Below are positions 21,330 to 30,247 of a stretch of DNA of 64,000 nt, one piece after another (the first letter of the stretch is position 1; every line of letters begins with the position of its first letter). Position numbers and translations under genes: made by a program. The DNA is from Eubacteriales bacterium. Its GTDB lineage: Bacteria > Bacillota > Clostridia > Oscillospirales > CAG-382. The notes below the pieces were generated by a model. That model did no database searches, was not told the origin of the DNA, and saw only the letters and a program-made list of their open reading frames with translations. The stretch lies in assembly GCA_045595165.1 (NCBI GenBank), contig JAZNZY010000001.1, positions 467 through 64,466 of the forward strand. Direction: 5' to 3'.

Positions 21330-21456
21330 AAATGAGAAATGATGAATGATGAATGAGAAATGATGGTTGCTTTTTGCACTGTTGTGCAAAAAGCTTCCGT
21401 AATTCCTCATTTAGCTCTTGCTTGCAAGAGCGTCGCATTCCTCATTCCTCATTCAT
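21330..21456. repeat. H element with two cores
   Basis: GCTTTTTGCAC-TGTT-GTGCAAAAAGC and GCTCTTGC-TT-GCAAGAGC between inverted heptamer arms. Confidence 0.9.
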
Positions 21457-21495
21457 ATATCTCGTTTCATATTTTTTCAGAAAGGATATATCATT

Positions 21496-22287
21496 ATGAG
21501 CAGACTATTGGGTTCTCACGCTGACATCGATGAGCTTGACAGACCGGATCTTAACAAATGTCCGGATTGCAAGTGCTTTTTCGCTTCCGAAAAATGTCCT
21601 CTTTGCGGCAAGGTATGCCCCGAGGAAATGCGGGCAGGCAACCGAAAAGCGGAAAAAAAGCGCCGCAAGCGCGGCGGCGGAAACGGCAGAGTAACCTTTG
21701 TGGAATGGTACCACTCATGGTGGTTTATTCTCATAATGATGTTTACCTTTACCGTTGTGGGAATAATACTCCTTGCCACCAGCCCCAGAGCGAAATGGAA
21801 AAAGATACTGTTCGGCTCTCTTGCGGCGGTGTATATGGTTATGCCTTACGCTTCCTTTGTTTACCCCGGCGGAATTCCCGCCATGGTTTACGAGATAAAA
21901 AGCGTATTTGATAAACCCGTAAACACCTCCCTTTCCAAGGAAGAGTATGAGGCGAAATGCGAATACGTCACGGCAGAGGATTTTTACCGTAATCCCCAAA
22001 AATATGAGGACAAATATCTCCGCCTTGAACTGACGGTGGTTAAAAAAGTCTGGGTTTATGAGGATTATTACGCTTCCGATGAGGATTATTACCTGTGCGG
22101 ATCCGAAGACGGCAGGTTTACTGTTCTGGTAAGAGGCTGTTTCGTTTCGGGGGAAGAATACCTGGTTGAGGGCGATGTTATTTCCGTCTACGGCGAGGGC
22201 GCGGGTAAAAAGACCGCATACGATTCCGAAGGAAATGAAGCGGAAGCGCCGTGCTTGAACGGAGCGTACTTATATTTTACAGATTAA
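21496..22287 (+). CDS. Hypothetical membrane protein with N-terminal Cys cluster and probable OB-fold-like C terminus
   Basis: CPDCKC...CPLCGKVC, basic stretch, two TM helices, GDVISVYG motif; AAAGGA SD. Confidence 0.65.
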   Translation: MSRLLGSHADIDELDRPDLNKCPDCKCFFASEKCPLCGKVCPEEMRAGNRKAEKKRRKRGGGNGRVTFVEWYHSWWFILIMMFTFTVVGIILLATSPRAKWKKILFGSLAAVYMVMPYASFVYPGGIPAMVYEIKSVFDKPVNTSLSKEEYEAKCEYVTAEDFYRNPQKYEDKYLRLELTVVKKVWVYEDYYASDEDYYLCGSEDGRFTVLVRGCFVSGEEYLVEGDVISVYGEGAGKKTAYDSEGNEAEAPCLNGAYLYFTD

Positions 22288-22295
22288 CTATAATT

Positions 22296-22325
22296 AAAAG
22301 AGCAGACGGTGTCTGCTCTTTTTTT
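22296..22325. terminator. Bidirectional terminator
   Basis: AAAAGAGCAGAC-GGT-GTCTGCTCTTTT plus T run. Confidence 0.75.
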
Positions 22326-22452
22326 AATGAGGAATGAGAAATGAGAAATGAGAAATGATGGAAACCTTTTTTCGCGTTTTGCGCGAAAAAAGCTACCGAA
22401 ATTCCTCATTTAGCGATGCTTTGCATCGCGTCGCATTCCTCATTCATCATTT
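22326..22452. repeat. H element with two cores
   Basis: CTTTTTTCGCG-TTTTG-CGCGAAAAAAG and GCGATGC-TTT-GCATCGC; supplies the stop of the 5'-nucleotidase gene. Confidence 0.9.
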
Positions 22453-23970
22453 AAATCCGTTGCTTTTTGCATATTCTGCCAGCAGATCTCTTGCAAACAC
22501 CTCTGCTTCTATTCTGTCGATCTCCGTGAGATTATTGGGGGCGTAAGAGGATGTATAGGAATCCACGATGATGTAATATGTTTCGTTTAAATCTATATTT
22601 TTCCTTACGCTTTCGCCGTATTCGCCGCAAAAGATAAAATAGTTATCGTTGCCCGTTTCAAAGAATTTATTAAGAAGATCCCTGCCCGATACGGCGCATA
22701 AGGTAAGGTAATTATCAAAGGGGAAAAGGGACTGAAGCGAAGCATAGGTTACATCTCCCTTTGCCAGATACCCCGGACTGCGCACGTTTAAAAAACCCCC
22801 GCCCAGGACTATATCGTATTCACTTCCCCATTCTTCCACACCCTTTTGGTAATATAACTGTGCCGCGAGAGCGCGAAGAAAGTTTCTGTTTCTGTCTGCG
22901 GAGTTATAGCCCAGAATATCGTCGGCAAAGCCGATATCCGATTCGTATTTTTCAAGCAGCTGTTCCACTATGGGATCATCCGGCATAGCGGAATAGGAAT
23001 CCGCGGAGATAAGGTCCGCTTTGCTTACCTTAATATTTCCGTTGGCGGTGTTTAACATTATCTCCCCGTGGGAAATACCCTGCTTGTTGTCGCCTCCGTT
23101 TTGCAAATGGTACACGCCGTAATCATCGGTAATGCGGTAATACTGGTGGGAGTGTCCCTCGAAAACTATATCCACGTATCCGTCGGAAAGAGAAACGTCG
23201 TAATAGGAAGAAAGCCGTCCCGCAGAAGCGTACTGCAGGGATTTTGAGCTTTGGTCGTACCCATCGTGAAGCAGGTATACGATAATATCCGCGCCCATTT
23301 CCCGCAAGCGGTCGGATTCCGCCTTGACCAAAGCGGTGAGCGGCGCGCCCGTAATAAAATACACGTCCTCCACCTGCTCGGGAGCGATGGAAGAATAGCA
23401 ATCCCCCATTGCGCCGATAAAGCCGATCTGATATTTGCCCTTGTCCACAAGCACCGAGGGTTGGCAGTAATCCACGGGGGTATCGGTTTCCCGATCATAT
23501 ATATTTATGGCGAGGAAAGGAAAGGACGCATTTTTATCGTTTTGGATAATGGGCTCTTCGCCCCAATCGTATTCGTGGTTGCCCAAGGTCATACACACAA
23601 AGCCCGTTTCGTTCATCCAATCGGTAATAATCGCTCCGTCGGTAAGGTTGGATTCCGCGCTTCCCTGCCACATATCCCCTGCGGAGATAACGAAGGTATT
23701 GGGGTTTTCTATGCGGGCGAATTTTAAAAAGGTGGTAAGCTCGTCCACGCCGATATGGTTGCTTCCGTCCGCCAGCTTGCCGTGGAGATCGTTTACCGAA
23801 TATATATCCACCTCCACCATTACGCTTACGGAACAGATATCGCAGATGCCGTCATCGTTTGTATCTGCGCAGCTGCCGCAGGAAGGATCGAAGGATACAT
23901 CCCCCGAAGGAACAGAGCAGGAAGACAGTATAAATATTAAAATAAGTACAAAAGCAATATATTTTTTCAT
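22447..23970 (-). CDS. Metallophosphoesterase/5'-nucleotidase lipoprotein
   Basis: Lipobox LSSC; NDLHG, AGDMWQG, LGNHEYD, GHSH metal-binding motifs. Confidence 0.88.
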   Translation of the reverse strand: MKKYIAFVLILIFILSSCSVPSGDVSFDPSCGSCADTNDDGICDICSVSVMVEVDIYSVNDLHGKLADGSNHIGVDELTTFLKFARIENPNTFVISAGDMWQGSAESNLTDGAIITDWMNETGFVCMTLGNHEYDWGEEPIIQNDKNASFPFLAINIYDRETDTPVDYCQPSVLVDKGKYQIGFIGAMGDCYSSIAPEQVEDVYFITGAPLTALVKAESDRLREMGADIIVYLLHDGYDQSSKSLQYASAGRLSSYYDVSLSDGYVDIVFEGHSHQYYRITDDYGVYHLQNGGDNKQGISHGEIMLNTANGNIKVSKADLISADSYSAMPDDPIVEQLLEKYESDIGFADDILGYNSADRNRNFLRALAAQLYYQKGVEEWGSEYDIVLGGGFLNVRSPGYLAKGDVTYASLQSLFPFDNYLTLCAVSGRDLLNKFFETGNDNYFIFCGEYGESVRKNIDLNETYYIIVDSYTSSYAPNNLTEIDRIEAEVFARDLLAEYAKSNGFK

Positions 23971-24132
23971 AAAAACCGCCCGGACAACACATACTTCCTA
24001 TTAATTTTACTACACAAACCCTTTTAAAGCAATACAAAAAAAGCAAAAGCGTATGATTTTCTCGTATCATTGACAAACCGCGGGTTTTATTGTAATATAA
24101 AATATGTAAGAAAACGCAAGGAGAAATATAAA

Positions 24133-25698
24133 ATGAAGATAAAAAAGCTTATTTCAGCTTTGCTGGTATCAGCGTTTATATGCGGAATCGTTCCCGCTGT
24201 GGAAGCGGACGCGGCAACCGTAACCTGGAACGCCAATAAGGTGAACGTGAATTCTTATCAATCCGAGGATGCCATACTCTTTACCGCGGATTTCGGCAAG
24301 GATACCATTCCCTTCGGCGCTTACAGCGATTATTCCTGGTGGCGTGTTATCGTGTGCGATTACGATTTTAACGCGGGCGTGTACAAGGTTATAAGCATAA
24401 ACAACACCACGGGAAGCGGTATGTCCAAATGCGCCGTTATTCCCAAAAACGGTTTTGTTATTGCAGACTGCTATTCTTCCTCCTTTGACGGGCTGGTGAA
24501 CGTGCATATCGGGGACGAAGCGTATCTGTATATGAACGGAAAAACCGCCAAGGTAACCTTCGGCGGAAAGGGAAGCGGTACTCCCCACACCCCCGAGGAA
24601 AAGGGATTTAAAATAAGCTCAAATCTTAATCATATGGGTATAACCGCCGCAACAAAGGACGGATTTACCTTAAAGATAGATAACTACGATAAATCCGTGG
24701 GATATTACCTGGTTATAAACGATGCTTCCGTTTGTGATGACGGAAAGGTGATCCAATCTACCAAAAAGCTTACATCCGATACCTACGAAATTCCCGCAAG
24801 CGTGTTTAAAAAGTCCGATATGCTCACCGTTTCTCTGTGGGCAAAGAAGGGGGACGAATATTCATCCGTTATCCGCACCAAGATGGTAGTGTTCAGCGAT
24901 ACGGCGCTGGCAAGCCAGCTTACCGAAAAGACGGTGGTTGCCTTCGGCGACAGCCTTACCGCCTTCACGGGCTGGGTAAAGGGTATGCTTACCGTGATCG
25001 GAACCGACGTTATCAATTCCGGTGTGGGGGGCGACACATCCCTGATGGGCAAAAACCGCTTTAAAAGGGACGTACTGGATAAAAACCCCGATATATGCAT
25101 AATAAACTTCGGTATGAACGACCAGGCGGAGGTGGTTGCCACGGGCGAGCCCAACTACCCCCTGGAATCCTACAAGGCAAACATCAAATATTTTATAGAA
25201 GAACTGCAAAAGATAGGCTGCGAGGTAATTCTGGTAACACCTCATAATCCCCACAAGGCAGAAAATTACTATTCACCCGGTCAGTACGGCTTGGATTACA
25301 CGGGTAAGCATCTGGACGCTTTCCGTCAGGCGGTAAGAGATATTGCGGCGGAATACGGCTGTAAGCTGGTGGATATCGCAAAGTTAAGCGAAAACGAGGA
25401 TATGTCCAAGTTTACTATGCTGTATGACGGACTTCATTGCAGCGAGTACGGTCACAGCAAGTATCTGGAATGGATATCTGAGGCTCTTTTAGAGGATGCG
25501 CTTACTGCAGGCGATATGAATTCCGACGGCAAGGTGGACAACACGGATATAGATTCCCTTAAAGCCGCCCTGCTCGCTCCCACGGAGGAGGATATTTCCC
25601 CTATAGACTTTAACAGAAACGGCAGAGTGGACGCAAACGATTACCTTTACCTTAAACGCCATCTTGAAGGCGACGGTGAAATGCGATGGAAAAAGTAA
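24133..25698 (+). CDS. Secreted SGNH/GDSL hydrolase with C-terminal type I dockerin
   Basis: Signal peptide; FGDSLT, NSGVGGDTS, FGMND, DGLH; dockerin duplicate GDMNSDGKVDNTD...DFNRNGRVDANDYLYLKRHL. Confidence 0.85.
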   Translation: MKIKKLISALLVSAFICGIVPAVEADAATVTWNANKVNVNSYQSEDAILFTADFGKDTIPFGAYSDYSWWRVIVCDYDFNAGVYKVISINNTTGSGMSKCAVIPKNGFVIADCYSSSFDGLVNVHIGDEAYLYMNGKTAKVTFGGKGSGTPHTPEEKGFKISSNLNHMGITAATKDGFTLKIDNYDKSVGYYLVINDASVCDDGKVIQSTKKLTSDTYEIPASVFKKSDMLTVSLWAKKGDEYSSVIRTKMVVFSDTALASQLTEKTVVAFGDSLTAFTGWVKGMLTVIGTDVINSGVGGDTSLMGKNRFKRDVLDKNPDICIINFGMNDQAEVVATGEPNYPLESYKANIKYFIEELQKIGCEVILVTPHNPHKAENYYSPGQYGLDYTGKHLDAFRQAVRDIAAEYGCKLVDIAKLSENEDMSKFTMLYDGLHCSEYGHSKYLEWISEALLEDALTAGDMNSDGKVDNTDIDSLKAALLAPTEEDISPIDFNRNGRVDANDYLYLKRHLEGDGEMRWKK

Positions 25699-26411
25699 GC
25701 ACCCCAAAAACGCAGGGCGTTTTCGGGGACCCCGCGAGTAAACCCGCCGCGGCGGCTGCAAAACCCGATCACTCGGGGCACAGAGAGCGTATCCGCGCCC
25801 GTGTTTACGGCGGCGAGCTTCCCTGCGGAACGGACGATGAGCTGTTGGAGGTTTTGCTGTTTTACGCTATTCCCCGAGGGGACACCCGCCCTATGGCGGA
25901 GGAGCTGATAAACCGTTTCGGCTCTCTGCGGGGTGTGGCAAACGCAACAAAATCCCAGCTTATGTCGGTAAAGGGAATCGGCGAAAAAACGGCGATACTT
26001 ATACAGACCGCCTGCCTGATGGCAAGAAAAACTCCCGTGCCCGAGGAAGCGGTGTATCTTAACACCTATGAAGAAAAGCGCGATTTCTTCTGCAATCTTT
26101 TGTCCTCGCTTCCCCACGAGGAGGTGTGGGCGGCATCCCTTTCGGAAAAGGGACAGCTGCTGGATATAACCCGTCTTTCCCGCGGGACGAGGGCGGGAGC
26201 CAACTTTTCCCACCGCACACTTTTAAACGCGGTGCTTTCCTGCGGGGCGGCGGCGGTAATTCTTGCCCACAACCACCCCGATAGATCCGCCCGCCCTTCT
26301 GCCGACGATATTCTGACCACCCGCGCGGTTTCGGATCTCCTTTCCAAAGTCGCCTGCAGGCTGGAGGAACACATCGTAGTCTGCGGAGATAGAATAATAA
26401 CTGTAAGATAA
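25686..26411 (+). CDS. radC: RadC family (JAB domain) protein
   Basis: HSGHRERIRAR, ELLEVLLFYAIPRGDT, LAHNHP...PSADD; start position uncertain. Confidence 0.88.
   Translation: MEKVSTPKTQGVFGDPASKPAAAAAKPDHSGHRERIRARVYGGELPCGTDDELLEVLLFYAIPRGDTRPMAEELINRFGSLRGVANATKSQLMSVKGIGEKTAILIQTACLMARKTPVPEEAVYLNTYEEKRDFFCNLLSSLPHEEVWAASLSEKGQLLDITRLSRGTRAGANFSHRTLLNAVLSCGAAAVILAHNHPDRSARPSADDILTTRAVSDLLSKVACRLEEHIVVCGDRIITVR
25699..25735 (+). repeat. C module inside the predicted radC 5' coding region
   Basis: GCACCCCAAAAACGC-AGG-GCGTTTTCGGGGACCCCGC. Confidence 0.85.
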
Positions 26412-26412
26412 G

Positions 26413-26440
26413 AAAAAGAGCAGATGTCTGCTCTTTTTTT
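26413..26440. terminator. Bidirectional terminator (same family as 22296)
   Basis: AAAAAGAGCAGA-TG-TCTGCTCTTTTT. Confidence 0.75.
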
Positions 26441-26564
26441 AATGAGGAACGAGAAACGAGGAACGAGGAATTACGGAAGCTTTTTGCACGTTCGTGCAAA
26501 AAGCAACCATCATTCATCATTTAGCACTCGCTTTGCGAGTGCGTCGCATTCATCATTCCTCATT
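26441..26564. repeat. H element with two cores
   Basis: GCTTTTTGCACG-TT-CGTGCAAAAAGC and GCACTCGC-TTT-GCGAGTGC; supplies the U32 stop codon. Confidence 0.9.
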
Positions 26565-28506
26565 TATGGTATCCTCTCGTAAATTCCTTCGGCTTACCCG
26601 AAACCTCTTTCTCGTCCGTAATAACAAACAAGCGGTTATGGGAAACGTTTTTATCCAAAAGATAAGTGGGTACGGAATTGAAGATGAGATTGCGGTGGTT
26701 ATATTCTCCCTGCACGGGGAAGCGGGCGCCCATACGGTCGGTAAGGACGGCTTTGCATCCCTTTACACAGCCGGAAATGTTTTTGATAATACAGTTTTCC
26801 GTATGCATTAAAACCTGCCTGCCGTATACGGGATATTCGCCGATCTCCGTCTTAACCGCCTGCGGCGTGACCTCGGGTGAAACGCACACGCCGGAAAAGC
26901 CCATTTCCTCAAGCATTTTTGCGGTAAACGTGTTGGTAACGTTTAGGTTTCCGTCCCCGTAAACGGCAAAGCCGCGGCAAAGGGAAATATGCCCGATATT
27001 GGTTACGGTAACCCGCTTTACACCAAGCTTTTTCGCTTTTTCAAGGGCTTCCTTTACATCCCTCTCTTCCGAAGTAGTTATAACTCTGGGAAGCAGGAGG
27101 GATATTTTTGATACATCATAACGCTTTACGGTGTTTTCGTTAAACTTCCAAAGGGGTATATCTATACGCACAGCGTTATCGGGCACGTTAAATCCGTTTT
27201 CGGGGTTGTAGATACGGTATATATCCCCTTTTACGGGAAGATATAAAAGGTCTTCTTTTTTAATATTCGGTGTTGCGTTGCTCTTGGCGGGGGAGTTTTT
27301 TAACAGTATCTCTTTTTTGAGCCCCTCCAGCGCTTTACGGCGCATATCGTTTACGGCGGAGGCGGTCATAAATATGCCTTCATCTGCGGTGACGGAAACA
27401 ATCCCCGCCTTAAAGCCGCTTCCCCCCGTTTTGGAAAGACGGCGGACAAGCTCCGCTTCCTCCGTACCCTTGCCCGTGGCGGGAAGACAAGTGCCGAAGA
27501 GGGTAAAGGAATCCTCCCCGCAAAGGGCGGTAACGCAAGCTTCACCGAGGGTAAAATAGCCGAATATATCTACACTTTTTTCTTTTAACGGCGGAATCTC
27601 CGCAACCGTTTCTCTGGTTAACGCTTTGTCCTCTTCCCTGCGGACGCCGAACATATTTTTCCCCTTTTTGGAAAGGTAGTACCCTGCGGAAAAGCCGCTG
27701 CGGGAAAAGATCTTTTGCAGATCCTCATACTCTTTTTCCGTGGCGGGACGGTGCTCGTCCATAAGCGTGCGGTAGGCTTTGGTTACGGAATACACGTATT
27801 CGGGAGATTTCATTCTGCCCTCTATTTTAAAGGAGGCAACTCCCATATCCAAAAGCTCATTTATATACTGTGCAAGGCACATATCCCTTAAAGAAAGGTG
27901 GTATCCGCCATCGTAGGGCAGACGGCAGGGCTGGGCGCATTCGCCCCGATTTCCGCTGCGCTTGCCGATGAAGGATGACATTAAGCATCCCCCGGATTGG
28001 CTTACGCAATACGCACCGTGGACAAATGCTTCTATTTCCACCCCCGTGGAAACGCACTCCTTAATTTCCTCTCTGCTTGCTTCACGGGCGATAACTACCC
28101 GTTCCATTCCCATCTCCTTTGCCTTTAAAACACCGGAAGCGGAATGAACGCACATCTGGGTTGAGCCGTGGAGAGAAAGGCTTGGAAAGTGTTTTTTTAT
28201 CTCACCCGCCAGACCGAGATCCTGAATAATTATCCCGTCGCACACCTTGTTTTCATAAAGAAAACGGGCGAATTCAAGGGCGGAATCAATTTCACGGTCC
28301 GTCACCAGGGTGTTTACGGTAACGTACAGCTTTTTGCCCCAAGAATGCACCTTTTCCGATGCAAGCAAAAGAGAATCGTTATCAAAATTGCCCGCAAAGG
28401 CACGGGCACCGAAAGAGGTGCCTGCCAGATATACCGCATCTGCCCCTGCCGACAAAGCGGCATCAAGACAGGACATATTCCCTGCGGGAGAAAGTAATTC
28501 CGACAT
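26560..28506 (-). CDS. U32 family protein with DUF3656-type region (RlhA-like RNA hydroxylation factor)
   Basis: ELLSPAG, EAFVHGAYCVSQSGGC...NRGECAQPCRLPY Fe-S Cys motif, KIEGRMKSPEYV; long 648 aa form. Confidence 0.85.
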   Translation of the reverse strand: MSELLSPAGNMSCLDAALSAGADAVYLAGTSFGARAFAGNFDNDSLLLASEKVHSWGKKLYVTVNTLVTDREIDSALEFARFLYENKVCDGIIIQDLGLAGEIKKHFPSLSLHGSTQMCVHSASGVLKAKEMGMERVVIAREASREEIKECVSTGVEIEAFVHGAYCVSQSGGCLMSSFIGKRSGNRGECAQPCRLPYDGGYHLSLRDMCLAQYINELLDMGVASFKIEGRMKSPEYVYSVTKAYRTLMDEHRPATEKEYEDLQKIFSRSGFSAGYYLSKKGKNMFGVRREEDKALTRETVAEIPPLKEKSVDIFGYFTLGEACVTALCGEDSFTLFGTCLPATGKGTEEAELVRRLSKTGGSGFKAGIVSVTADEGIFMTASAVNDMRRKALEGLKKEILLKNSPAKSNATPNIKKEDLLYLPVKGDIYRIYNPENGFNVPDNAVRIDIPLWKFNENTVKRYDVSKISLLLPRVITTSEERDVKEALEKAKKLGVKRVTVTNIGHISLCRGFAVYGDGNLNVTNTFTAKMLEEMGFSGVCVSPEVTPQAVKTEIGEYPVYGRQVLMHTENCIIKNISGCVKGCKAVLTDRMGARFPVQGEYNHRNLIFNSVPTYLLDKNVSHNRLFVITDEKEVSGKPKEFTRGYHK

Positions 28507-28526
28507 AAGGCACCTCTTAAAAATTT

Positions 28527-29081
28527 TTATTTTGCGTACATACGCTCAAGCTTTGTGAGCAGCAGTACCAAGGGCACTACCAAAAGTCCTGCGGCGAAAT
28601 TACCTGCAAGATGGTAAATATCGAAGGTAAGCCCTGCGCTTATCCACACAAGAGTCTGTTTAAGATCAAATCCGCGGACAATCGCTTCCCACGGGGCGCA
28701 AAGCACGCCGAAGGAAAGCCCGTACAAGCCGTTCACTATTGCCAAAACGGGATATCCCCACTTAGATGTGTATATCTTTTTGGGAATTAACATTCCCACA
28801 CCCCAAAGGACAGCCCAAACGTAAAGATACATTACCCACCACGTCCCGAATCCGTCGAAAATACCGCACAGTATTACAAAAATGTATATGGGTACCAATG
28901 CTCCCCATCTGTATACGGCGGTAAAGGCAAGTATAAAAAGTCCCACGGGGTGAATGTTGGGCAGGAATTCCACCGCCTCCTTGGCGACGAACATCAAAGC
29001 CCCCAACATTGCGTACAATATGAGGCGGAATAAAAACAGCCTGCTTTTACTTTTCGGCTTTGAATTCATATTCGCCGCCAT
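28527..29081 (-). CDS. ECF transporter S component, CblT-like (probable cobalamin uptake)
   Basis: About 5-6 TM helices, LPNIHPV motif; lies downstream of DUF4430 and the riboswitch. Confidence 0.65.
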   Translation of the reverse strand: MAANMNSKPKSKSRLFLFRLILYAMLGALMFVAKEAVEFLPNIHPVGLFILAFTAVYRWGALVPIYIFVILCGIFDGFGTWWVMYLYVWAVLWGVGMLIPKKIYTSKWGYPVLAIVNGLYGLSFGVLCAPWEAIVRGFDLKQTLVWISAGLTFDIYHLAGNFAAGLLVVPLVLLLTKLERMYAK

Positions 29082-29460
29082 CGGTTATATTAATACCGTC
29101 AGCACCGGTCATAGCGTAGGAGCCGTTCTCGTAAAGAGCCCAGTACATACCGTGAGTTTCATAAACCAAGGTCATACCGTTTACTTCGGTAATATACAAG
29201 CCGTAATCGCCGAGAGTTCCGTCAATAAGGTCAAGATCTGCAAGAGCGTTACCCAGAGTATCCATATCCGTGTTGATGGTAAAGGTTACGGAATAATCCT
29301 CCGCGGTGACGGTAACCTTTATAGTGGTTTCACCCGTGCCGAGAGTGGTATCCTCGGTATAGGCGGCATCATCCCACAGTCCCTCGGGGACGGTCCTGCA
29401 GGAAGCAAGAGTAAATACGGCGAGTAACGCCAAAAGTGTTAAAAGTGTTGCTTTTTTCAT
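29047..29460 (-). CDS. DUF4430 (transcobalamin-like C-terminal) lipoprotein
   Basis: Lipobox LASC; YITEVNG...YWALYENG...GAD motif. Confidence 0.7.
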   Translation of the reverse strand: MKKATLLTLLALLAVFTLASCRTVPEGLWDDAAYTEDTTLGTGETTIKVTVTAEDYSVTFTINTDMDTLGNALADLDLIDGTLGDYGLYITEVNGMTLVYETHGMYWALYENGSYAMTGADGINITDGGEYEFKAEK

Positions 29461-29483
29461 TGTTTTTTCTCCTAAAAATAAAT

Positions 29484-29566
29484 GTTTTTTTGGGGTCCCC
29501 GCAAAAGCGTTTTTCGTGATACGCCGCGTCTGTTGTTACGTAATCAAAAAACCTTTTGTGGGGGAA
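29484..29566 (-). repeat. C module with expanded loop
   Basis: Reverse complement reads CCCCACAAAAG...CTTTTGCGGGGACCCC. Confidence 0.65.
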
Positions 29567-29639
29567 TTCCGCGGAGAAAATCACATTTTCTCTTCTGTGT
29601 GTTCGGGGCACACATTGCCCAAGAGAAATGCGCATTTTA

Positions 29640-29765
29640 CGGAAAGAAAAGTATTCCGGCTTTCACGGCAATGGCTGTTGCGTATGGATTTACACCATGC
29701 TTTCCTTTACGGCGAGGGACGGGTTTTCTACCTCCGCCCGCGCCACGGTAATTACACCGTTTTCC
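29640..29765 (-). ncRNA. Probable short cobalamin riboswitch
   Basis: Minus strand AAAGGAAAGCATGGTGTAAATCCATACGCAACAGCCATTGCCGTGAAAGCCGGAATAC resembles the conserved core (AGGGAA, GGTG-AAAT-CC, B12 box, AAGYCRG.A.AC); followed by hairpin CATTTCTCTT...AAGAGAAAATG; B12-binding genes downstream. Confidence 0.75.
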
Positions 29766-29787
29766 GCTTTTTTCTTTGGATAGGGTA

Positions 29788-29816
29788 ATTATACAACCGA
29801 AAAGAATAAAATGCAA
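29788..29816 (-). promoter_or_regulatory. sigmaA promoter upstream of the riboswitch
   Basis: TTGCAT-17 bp-TATAAT. Confidence 0.75.
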
Positions 29817-29870
29817 CAAGATTTTTAACACGGCTTTATTATATATATTGTAACAAATTTTAAAATTGTC

Positions 29871-29899
29871 TTGATAAATAGGAAAAAATGGAGTATAAT
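29871..29899 (+). promoter_or_regulatory. sigmaA promoter upstream of L copy 3 and gpmI
   Basis: TTGATA-17 bp-TATAAT. Confidence 0.7.
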
Positions 29900-29955
29900 C
29901 TTAGAGATAATGAAGAAGTCTGCACACAGATAGCGGCGAAAAAATAAAAACTGAT

Positions 29956-30232
29956 GGACACGAAGCATTTGGATGCAGAAGGAACTTTTACGAGCGGGAT
30001 ATGGCACCACAAAAATGCGTGGATTTTTGGGGACCCCGTCGGGAGCTGTAGTCGACTACAGCAAGCGAAGTAAAAGTTTCTACAAAAACGCAAATTAAAC
30101 AAATTTAAAGAAATCCGACAGGATTTCTACCTAAACCATTACAGCGGACAGCCGAGGACGTCTGTCCCTACGGTTTTCGAAACATTTATGTGCATTTTGC
30201 GTTTTTGGGTCTGCGCCGAATGAGCGTGTCCC
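29956..30232 (+). repeat. L element copy 3 with nested C module (30004-30039)
   Basis: GGACACG..CATTTGG...CCGAATG..CGTGTCC; 45-bp extra segment flanked by CGGGA direct repeats. Confidence 0.9.
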
Positions 30233-30247
30233 AAAAGGAGTATTATT

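Noticed and set aside
29956-30232. L element as a riboswitch or T-box
   Set aside because: Occurs in both orientations and between convergent genes; no T-box or known aptamer motif recognised
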